From Octopus vulgaris (taxonomy: Eukaryota), in the NCBI GenBank assembly GCA_951406725.2, contig OX597814.1, forward strand, positions 191,022,001 through 191,086,000: 64,000 nucleotides of DNA, read 5' to 3'. The number at the start of each line of letters is the position of its first letter. Position 1 is the first letter of the stretch. The translations under genes were made by a program, and so were the position numbers. Below, in pieces: positions 55,441-64,000 of this stretch. The notes under the pieces were generated by a model. That model was not told where the DNA came from and did not search any database. It saw only the letters and a list, made by a program, of their open reading frames with translations.

Positions 55441-55904
55441 CTATATATATATGTAAGTACAGGTGTGGCTGAGCAATTAAGAAGCTTGCTTTCCAACCAT
55501 GTGGTCTTAGGTTCAGGCCCACTATATGGTACCTTGGGCAAGTATCTACTAAAGCCCCAGGCCAAACAAATCGTTATGAGGGGATTTGGTAGACAGAAAC
55601 TAGAAGAAACCCTAGAAACATATGAAGGTTGGTGACAGGAAGGGCATCAGTCACAGAAACTGTACCTCAACAAATTTCATCTGAGCTATGCAAGCATGGA
55701 AAAGAGGTCATTAAATGATGATGTATACATACATGCATGTGTGTGTGTGCCTGCATGTAAGATCATAAAAATACTCTGTTCAGTCAACTTAACAACCTGA
55801 CTTAATGAGGCATTTAAGTGACTTTATTCCAATGAACATGTGACTAAAATGAGGGACAAATTAATATAATTCTCTCTTAAAGGAGTAATATATTTAATAG
55901 TAAA

Positions 55905-56240
55905 GGATAAAGCCCCATCTTCAGTCATGAATGACCATGGGAGAGCACCTAGAAAGTTCCCCCTCCAAGGAACAAGTCCAGACAAGGTTGTTTATGAAAG
56001 ACCAGCAGTCACCCATGCATACCAGCCTCCCCTCTCCATGCCACTAACATTGTCCAAGGGAAAGGCAAAGGCAGATACGACTTGGCACTAGTGACATCGC
56101 AACTCATTCCTACAGCTGAGTGAACTGGAGCAGCATGAAAAAAAGTGTCTTGCTCAAGAACACAACACACAGTCCAGTTCAGGAATTGAACTCACTACCT
56201 CATAATTGTGAGCCTGATGTTCTAACCAATAAGCCACGTA
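55905..56240 (-). mobile_element. SINE family C
   Basis: Colinear with 1312-1648. Confidence 0.85.
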
Positions 56241-57245
56241 CCTTTGATAGCATATGCGTCTTTTATCAGTATTAGAAGTCACAATTATTTTCAGAGTAAC
56301 ATACTTTAATCAAAAATTAATAAGTCAATACATAAAAACAATATGGGAAATGCAAAATGGTATAATGAGTAGTTTGAGCTAAGCCAGGTAACAGCTGATA
56401 TATTTAATACATTCAATCTAAAGATGAAAATTAAGATAAACAAAAGTTACAAACTCTGAAATCAAACAGTAACTGACTTAGCAAGCTCTCTATCTCTTTC
56501 TCTCTCTCTCATTCTACAGCACAACAAGCCTTAGTAATGTCTTACATTTACCATGGTTAGCCAATACCGTTTAAGCAGAGTTAGAGATACCACAAATGTG
56601 CAGAAACCAGAGTGTGAGTGTATCATCATCATTTTTCATGTCTGTTTTTCCAAACCAGCATGGGTTGGATGGTACTATTGTGTCAGAAGCTCTTAGATAT
56701 GACACCTTTCTGTACTACCTGACCGACTCAGTGAGTGACTAGCAAGTTATATCTTTCTTCACCATATGTTTTAAGCATCTTAGTAACTATCCCTGCCATT
56801 ATTACCTTGAATCGCACCTTTGATCATACAGCTGTCAACTTCAACATTAGATCTACTTGGAATAACAAGTGTACTGCCATCATTCAGCTCACACTTCTCT
56901 CCAAAAGCATGTAAATTCTCTCTGGCAAACACTTTGCAATCTATTATAAACATATTTTACACACACTTTCCACAACTATCGCCTACTTGATTTCTCTCTC
57001 TCTCACCAACAAATATGTAAATATGTTGCTGCCATTACCCCCACTCCCCACCCCCGCCACGGTCCTGCACTATTACTGACCTCTCATTACAATACTGTCA
57101 TTGTCTCTCTTCCATTACTCCTAGCAATGTATCACCTATTTCTCTTCTCCCACAGCCATCCAATAGTTTTGGATCAAAATCGTCATCCTTCGCTTGTCAG
57201 ACAAGTTATTTTAGGACAAGGTTAAAAGTAATAATCTTACACATA

Positions 57246-57298
<53 letters not shown>

Positions 57299-57302
<4 letters not shown>

Positions 57303-57416
57303 CCTGCTCGCTTAGCCAGCGGGGTGGCATCATTTGAAGGCTAAAACAATGCGAAGCATATTGTGACCAGCGATGTGTAGCAACATCCGATAGCCTGGTC
57401 GGTCACGGTGATCACA

Positions 57417-57421
<5 letters not shown>
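57299..57421 (+). mobile_element. Isolated family-D tail 1 embedded in (TA)n
   Basis: Matches 6920-7033; long (TA)n on both sides, then (GA)n. Confidence 0.85.
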
Positions 57422-57490
<69 letters not shown>

Positions 57491-57946
57491 AGACACGAGT
57501 GGTTAAGAATAGGTATGGACATGGCTGTGATTACAAAGTTACAAAGTTCCCCTCACAACCTCTCAGATTCAGTCCCACTTGGGCAGCTGACCAATGCCTT
57601 GTGAGAGGATTTAGTAAATGGAAACTGGAAGCCCATCTTATGTATTATATGTATATGGGTGTGTGTACAGACATGTAAGCATTTTTGTTATGAGTCATCA
57701 TTAATACAGCCTTGTTAAAAACAGTATCTTTGTTTACATTTTTCAGTAAACAAAATTCCCATGAAATGAAAAAAATGCCATACTTGGAAAACAAGTAAAA
57801 GTTGGTAATAGGAAGAACATCTGGCCATAGAAAACCTGCCTGAACAAGTTTCATCTAACCCATGTAACATGGAAAAGCAAATATTATGTAGCTTTATTTA
57901 CATTATTTACATTGGATGGATACATGCCCTCATCTTGTTTGTTATT

Positions 57947-57988
57947 ACCACAATGTTTCAGCTGATTTACTCTCCAGCCTTCATCAGG
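57947..57988 (-). ncRNA. Second hammerhead core (5' strand of stem I deleted)
   Basis: Minus strand reads CCTGATGAAGGCTGGAGAGTAAATCAGCTGAAACATTGTGGT. Confidence 0.55.
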
Positions 57989-58209
57989 GTTCTCATTCCT
58001 AAGGTATTTTTTTGCTGATGTTGTTATCATTATTATTATTATTATTATTTATTCAAGGCACTGCCTGAAATTGAACTTGGAATCTTGGGGTTAGTAGCCG
58101 GCGGTCTTAACTATTACGCTATATGCCCACATGCATATAAATAATAACATCATCAGCAAAAAAATACCTTAGGAATGAGAAACCAGGGTTGGGTTCAAAA
58201 TTCTACCAG

Positions 58210-58255
58210 GACACCTGATGAAGGCTGGAGAGTAAATCAACCGAAATGTTGTGTT
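58210..58255 (+). ncRNA. Putative minimal type-I hammerhead ribozyme (CpG-decayed)
   Basis: GACAC-CTGATGA-A-GGCTGG-agagtaaa-TCAACC-GAAA-TGTT-GTGTT: stem I GACAC/GTGTT, CUGAUGA and GAAA cores, stem II, vestigial stem III. Confidence 0.65.
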
Positions 58256-58419
58256 AACAACAAAGAGGTTCAAATGACATAATATAAGTGGCAGGATAGT
58301 GTGCAGGAATGCTAAGTACAATGGCTGTACTGCAGGAAAAGTACTTGGCATTATACTGATGGAAGAACACCTTTCATCGTGAAACCAAAGATGGTTGTTT
58401 TTCTTCCAGCGCTGACTTG

Positions 58420-58903
58420 AATGACTGGTTGAATGACCAAATCCAAGCTTCTCTGCTAATTCCTCAAGTTACGATGGGATTTTGTTCCGCCAGGGTTTGC
58501 AGGACATCCTTGTCAAGCTCTACAGATCTTCCAGGATGAGGCTCGTCTTCTAGGCTATAGTTTCCGGCTTGAAATTTCTGGAACCACCACTGACACTGGC
58601 TTACACTTATTGTCCAATCCCCATATACTGCATTAATATTCCTTGCACTTTCCATTGTGTTGTTTCTTTTATTGAACTTGTAAGGCAAAATATGCCAAAT
58701 ATGCTCCTTTGTCACTTCCATTATAGCTTTGAAAAAGATAACTGTTAAAATCGAACTGCACTCTTCAAAACTTGCACTAAGAATAAGGACAAGGTAAAAT
58801 TATTACCTGCTTTTATAGCAAGTTGATGCAGGTAGTTTATCCCATCCTCCTCTGACTTTTAGTTCATGCAATTGAAAAAAAAACATTTATAGGACAACCC
58901 AAT
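58420..58903 (-). mobile_element. mariner (Mos1/Hsmar-like) 5' fragment with TIR and HTH-coding region
   Basis: TA-TTGGGTTGTCCTATAAATG terminus near 58902. ORF 58721-58464 (MEVTKEHIWHIL...ARNINAVYGD...WFQKFQAGNYSLEDEPHPGR) is the mariner N-terminal DNA-binding region and continues EELAEKLG after a frameshift. Confidence 0.9.
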
Positions 58904-59545
58904 ATATATATATAATATATTGCACACACATGCATATATATAAATATATATATATACACTGACAGAGAGAGAGAGAGAGAGAGAAATTAATGATATCTTA
59001 ATCAGCTACTACTATATATTGTTAGTAGACCAACCATGTTGAACAATGACAAAACCAATTTATAAGTTGGCGTTCTCTTGAGTTATGCTTCAGAAACACA
59101 TCAAATGCTGAATGTGTTTCTCAGATGTCATAAAACAATCAAGGAAACAAAACAGCACTTTTGTCAATAAGAAATATTGGAAATAGAAATACTGATGATA
59201 GTGTTCTGCGTGTCAAAATGTCAGATGTATAATTCAATAAATTATGTTTACGAGGAGAATTTGATCTTCAAAACTGTATTGCTAAAACTCACTATCTTGA
59301 AATTGATGCCAAGGCTTAATGACATTCATGCAAGGAAGAATATCTGTGAAATGGCGGAGAAGAAAGAACAATTATTTATAAAGCAGAAAACTTAATAAGC
59401 TGTTCCTATAGAGATGTGCACAGCTGATTAAAAATCCATCACCATAGATAATCTATCCTATTGAAAAATAGTTACTACTTCTCAGTGGAGAAGTCATTTA
59501 CAAGTAAATGAATAGACATGAACAGCCAATGGAAATAGCTTAGAC

Positions 59546-60068
59546 CAGTGGTTCTCAACCAATTTTTTGCCTATGGACTCCTTTGATTCTTAATCTATTC
59601 TACTGGACCCTCACAGCTGTTCAATGTTTAAAAAATCCTATCATCATCATCATTTAATGTCTGTTTTCCACGTTGGCATGGGATAAGGTTTCTACGGCTG
59701 GATACCCTTCCAAACGCCAACCATTTTACAGAGTGTACTCGGTGCTTTTTACATGGCACCAGCACCCATGAGTCCACAAGATTAGGAACACTCTGCTGAA
59801 GAAAGATGTAGCAGAAATGCCTATATACAAGGACAACTACATATTTACTTAGCTTGACATGTCTTCTCAAGAACAGCAAACTGCCAGAAATCTTGGTTAC
59901 CTACCATTCCCTCTGTGAGACCCTAATTAAATATTATTAGGAACTGTATAAAAGAATTGTTTAAACATTTTATATGTTGTAAAGTACAAGCAATTTATTG
60001 CACATAAATTTTGATAAATTCTTATATGCCCCTCCCCCGATCAAATGGACCTCAGTTGAGAACCACTG
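59546..60068. mobile_element. hAT/Charlie-type MITE with nested RTE 3' end (~59638-59925, minus)
   Basis: TIR CAGTGGTTCTCAAC / GTTGAGAACCACTG; 8-bp TSD G(C/T)TTAGAC. Confidence 0.9.
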
Positions 60069-60076
60069 GTTTAGAC

Positions 60077-60377
60077 GTGGAGGCACATGGCCTAGTGGTA
60101 AGAGCAGCGGACTCGTGGTCGAGGGATCGTGGGTTCGAATCTCAGATCGGGCGATGTGTGTGTTTATGAGCGAAACACCTAAGCTCCACATGGCTCCGGC
60201 AGAAGGTAATGACGAAACTTCTGCTGTCTCTTTCGCCACAACTTTCTCTCACTCTTTCCTCCTGTATCTTGCAGCTCACCTGCGAGGGACCAGCGTCCCG
60301 TCCAGGTGGGGAACCTATACACCAACAAACCGGCCCTTATGAGCCAGGCCTGGCTCGAGAAGGAACAAACAACAACA
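60077..60377 (+). mobile_element. tRNA-derived SINE, family D, tail type 2 with (AAC)n end
   Basis: A-box TGGCCTAGTGG, B-box GGTTCGAATC; 12-bp TSD ACTGGTTTAGAC (60065-60076, 60378-60389). Confidence 0.9.
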
Positions 60378-60814
60378 ACTGGTTTAGACCTTGTACAAGG
60401 ATGTTTAAAGTTGGCTCAGCACTGCCTAAGTTGTTAAAGCATTGGATTGACTGCCTCATGGTATTCGTTCTCTCTGTGCTCAGTTCAAATCCTGGCAAAG
60501 TCAGCTTTACTTTTAATCTTTTCAGAATGAAAGAAATACAAGTTTGAAAAATAGGTTGATATCAAAAGCCTGAAAACATGAAAAAGGATGCTTCAGACCA
60601 TTTTTCCAAATACTTTTAATAGGTAACTTTTGTACCACTAATCATTTTATTACAGTGACACACAGAGGCCAACAGGATACTATGTAATAGAAAGGTTGTA
60701 TCACTGGGTCATGGAATTCAAAATAACTCTTCAATAATCCTCATCCTTTTAAAGAATAAATTTGTTAATTCAGCATATCACTACATATCTCTTACTTATC
60801 CACTTTATCTATTA

Positions 60815-61179
60815 CTAGCACTATACCCAGCAACGCCGGGTCATAGTGCTAGTCCATGCATATACAGCTGCATGTGTGTGCACATACACGCAAGTACTGT
60901 CCAAATCTCCAACCAATCACATACAGCAAGCTGGCATTCAATTGGTGTATCAAGTTTCAGGCATTTTGATTGGGTTTTGGATAGAAAATACACAAAAAAG
61001 TCACTTCTATTGATTTTTTAATGGCTTTGCGAGGTGACTGGGGAAAAGTAAAGATGTGCATGACCACCCTTGGGCGGTTTTGAATGACCATAGAAAGTCC
61101 GAGCTCTCTAACTGAAAAATTGTGGATTTGTATAAAGGACACACACACAGACATTTTGCCGTTTATATATAGAGAGAGA
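60815..61179 (-). mobile_element. Helitron H1, full-length
   Basis: Reverse complement of 41432-41799; A^CTAG...GA^T junctions. Confidence 0.9.
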
Positions 61180-61539
61180 TGAGTAGACTGTATAATAAAC
61201 ATAACAGGTATGTTTTAACAACTTTCCTAGTCAAATAAACACCTTAACCACAAAGACATCATCAGGCAAGTCTCAAAAATTCTAAGTGGCATAGCAATGC
61301 AGACAAGAAGTTTAACTTCTTTTTCTTCTTGTAAATAAAAGATATTTTACTAACACGTCAATTGTGCTTGTCAGTTATAAAACATTTACTAAGGCAATCA
61401 GCTTATTCTGTATTCACCCTGTATGCAAGAAACAGATTCAAGTTTAACTTGAAAAAAATTATTTTAGTGAGACGCATCGGTTTCAACTATTTCCCCATCC
61501 CAAAATTCAAATTAACACTGACCCACCAATCATAATTAA

Positions 61540-61755
61540 CCCTTTAGCATTCAGATTGCTCTGCCAAATGTAACACTTATCTATTCACATTGTTTTGAAT
61601 TAATCAGCTGTTATCTCACAGTGTCAAGATTTCAATGATGTGATTATTTTCACAATGACGTATGGTAGGTGTGAAAGACTGGATCCGACCAGTTTGAAAC
61701 ATGAAATAGGTACAATATATATGAGCCAGATATGGCTGATTTAAATACTAAAGGG
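61540..61755 (+). mobile_element. piggyBac-type MITE P2
   Basis: TTAA-CCCTTTAGCATT...AATACTAAAGGG-TTAA. Confidence 0.88.
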
Positions 61756-61759
61756 TTAA

Positions 61760-62190
61760 GGCATAGGGGAGGAATTACAACTGTGTTTGGTGGTCTGCTA
61801 CCACAACAGCTCCTTTATAGGATCCAGTTAGCTCAAGACATCATCAGAAGGAACCACGTCCGGTTTCAGTCCCTGCTCCTCTACTGTTTTGACGTGGCGG
61901 GGCCCCCACTTTCGGAGGTGTCTTCAGCTCTGGTGTTGGATGTATGTCATCTTCTTTCTTCTGTTCCCTGGCCTCTTCGATGTAGCGTCAGCGAGTGACT
62001 GACTGACTTGTCAAATATTCTCCCCTTTAAATACCTGCCGCTAGGCTCCAGCAGGCAGCCCCAGCAAGTTGTCACATGACACTGTCTCACCTTAACTGAC
62101 CAGTGAAGGTGCGTAGTCTTAGCCTGCGCATTCTCTAAACGACCGTCACCTGTCAGTCAGCGAAGCTGATTCAGTGTCAGCTGGTCTCAC
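61760..62190 (-). promoter_or_regulatory. GC-richer unclassified insert with TATA+Inr-like core promoter (possible solo LTR)
   Basis: Minus strand TATTTAAAGGG (62033-62023) lies ~29 nt before TCAGTCAGTC; sharp compositional boundaries; no clean TG..CA ends or TSD seen. Confidence 0.4.
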
Positions 62191-62599
62191 CTAATATTAT
62201 TCAAAGAAATCCATTTAGATTATAAAAATGTTCAATATGGAATGAACTTAAGTGATGTTCTTATAGCACACATTTGTTTTCACCAAGGTAATGCATGTAC
62301 ACAAATATCTCTACACTATTAACAAAAGTAAGCAAAGGAACAATGCATTATCTGAAATACAATTTTAAAACCAGCTTTGAAGTACAAGTAAAAATAACTA
62401 ATCTATTTGGTAATGACCAAAACCTTTGGGCTATTCTCTAGTATTTTAAACATTTCAAATTCCAGATATAATATATAAGAATCTAATACAGATAAAATTC
62501 CAAAAAGCTAGACAGAGCAACAGGTTCCATGTTCCTATGTTAGAAAAGAATTTGCCATTGTGTTAGGCCAGGACTGATGACTGTAAAGGGACATCTTAA

Positions 62600-62787
62600 C
62601 CCTTTCAAAACCAACCCAACTGAGGCCATTCTTGGTTCTATGGTATAAACTTGTTTTAAGATGATCTAAATTCAAATTCTCATTAAAATTGTGTGTTAAT
62701 TTGTGTTCTAAAATTCACCTGAATAATGAGACATCATTTTAGTATATTCTTCATAATGTTTTAAAGTAAATGAAATAAAAAGGACAA
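62600..62787 (+). mobile_element. piggyBac-type MITE P1, truncated by the RTE
   Basis: TTAA-CCCTTTC start and P1 interior. Confidence 0.65.
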
Positions 62788-64000
62788 TTGAGAGTTAACC
62801 ATGAGTATAGTAAAGAATTTGGTAGGGGTTCATCAAAGCTCAGTCCCTTCTTTATCATCTTTGTCCTCCAGGCCATAACAGAGGAATTCAAAACCAGCAG
62901 CCTCTGGGAACTATTATATGCTGATAACCTTGCCCTCATAGCAGATTCCATATCAGAGCTAGAAGAGAAATTCCAAGTGTGGACGCAAAACCTGGAATCT
63001 AAGGGTATTAAGATTGACTTAGCAAAGACTAAGGTCCTAGTAAGCAAGAAAACTGACAGGACCCTACCCCACTCAGGTAGGTGACCCTGTTCAATTTGTA
63101 GGAAAAGTGTAGGCAGGAACTCCATACAGTGTACTCAGTGTAAGAGGTGTAGTGAATTAATAGGTAAGTTATCAGACAGTTTCTCTATGTGGAAGATGCA
63201 CAGGATTCATAAAAACTTTAGAGACTCAGGAAATTCTCTCAAATGCCCTGGTGGCTCATTAGTAGTAGTAGTAGATAACTTCTGCTACCTAGGGGACAGG
63301 ATGCACAGAGAATGTTGACAGCTAGAATAAGAATAGGATGGAGGAAATTCAAAGAGCTGTTACCTCTGTTGGCCACAAAAGGTTTCTCTCTCTGAGTGAA
63401 AGGAAGATTGTATGATGCATGTATACAGACAGCAATTATAGATGGTAGTGAGATGTGGGCCCTGAATACAGAGGACATGTGAAGGTTAAAAGGAAATGAG
63501 GCTAGATGTATAATGCAAGTGCTCATGTTCAACAGAGTGCTAATGTTTTGAGAGAGAAGTTAGGCATAAAGAGAAATTAGTTGCTATGTGAAAGAGAGAA
63601 GACACTGCTAATTTGGTCATGTGATGCAGATAAATGCTGACAGCTCCATAAAGATGTGCTGATCCCTCAAAGTAGATGGAACATGTGGAAGTGGGAGACC
63701 CAGGAAAACGTGGGAGTAAGTACCTCAGGATACTTTCAGGCAACATGACAAAGGATCAAGATGCCTAGTGCCTTGCTGTATTCAAGAAGACCCGTACTTC
63801 ACAGCAGAAGTGTTAAGACTAGTCCCTCTGGTGGTGAAAAGCACTCATGGTAGTGCTACATAAGGCCACCTGTGCGGTGGTACATAAAAGCACCCAGCAC
63901 ACCCTGTAAAGTGGTTGGTGTTAAGAAGGACATCCAGCCATAGAAACCATTCCTAATCAGACTGGAGTTTGGTGCAGCTTCCCAGCTCTGGTTGAACAGT
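62788..64000 (+). mobile_element. 5'-truncated RTE-clade LINE: decayed reverse transcriptase C-terminal half plus 3'UTR
   Basis: LSPFFIIFVLQAITEE...WELLYADNLAL (YADD box)...KTKVL...PCSICRKSVGRNSIQCTQC...VVDNFCYLGD...RIRIGWRKFKELLPLL...GSEMWAL...FGHVM...GRPRKTW. Stops and frameshifts present; ORF ends ~63816; the UTR matches the short RTE ends. Confidence 0.93.

Larger units (their letters stand above)
57890..58268. mobile_element. Inverted-dimer retroelement: tRNA-like head, (AAT)n, Penelope-type hammerhead tail
   Basis: 57932-58030 is the reverse complement of 58141-58268; tRNA-like head on the minus strand at 58128-58055; hammerhead core in both arms. Confidence 0.75.

Noticed and set aside
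59100-59400. hAT transposase C-terminal relic
   Set aside because: Only vague similarity (LLKLTIL..PRL); no diagnostic motif.
60077-60155. Functional tRNA gene (also 6744, 26185, 58055-58128)
   Set aside because: A/B boxes are present but cloverleaf pairing is poor and each continues into a SINE body.
61825-61935. Hammerhead on the minus strand (CTGATGA, CTGAAGA and GAAAC motifs)
   Set aside because: The core motifs occur, but I could not build stems I, II and III together in any topology.
1-64000. Most ORF-track entries as genes
   Set aside because: They are short, often use non-ATG starts, and lie within SINEs, RTE UTRs or microsatellites (YIYI/HTHT peptides). Only 23511, 18005, 58464, 62788 and possibly 14651 have protein-like content, all TE-derived.

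Overview
AT-rich, repeat-saturated animal genomic DNA. The SINE families, RTE tails and dense (TA)n/(CA)n/(AAT)n tracts point to an octopod cephalopod (Octopus-like); this is an inference from repeat recognition. I found no supportable host exon, so the window looks like a large intron or intergenic stretch, and most ORF-track entries are chance ORFs inside repeats. Contents: dozens of tRNA-derived SINEs from at least 5 modular families, many 5'-truncated RTE-clade LINE ends plus one RT-bearing RTE relic (62.8-64 kb), a 5'-truncated L1/Tx1-like insertion, maT (DD37D), mariner, Tigger and Tc1 transposase relics, piggyBac-, hAT-, pogo- and MULE/foldback-type MITEs, and non-autonomous Helitrons. 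Highlights: (1) an inverted-dimer element joining a tRNA-like Pol III head to a Penelope-type minimal hammerhead ribozyme (57.9-58.3 kb); (2) Helitron copies whose 19-bp terminal hairpin occurs in two loop orientations, like flip/flop isomers; (3) a MULE-like TIR shell with a 9-bp TSD that has captured the catalytic segment of a maT transposase; (4) direct evidence of SINE tail swapping.
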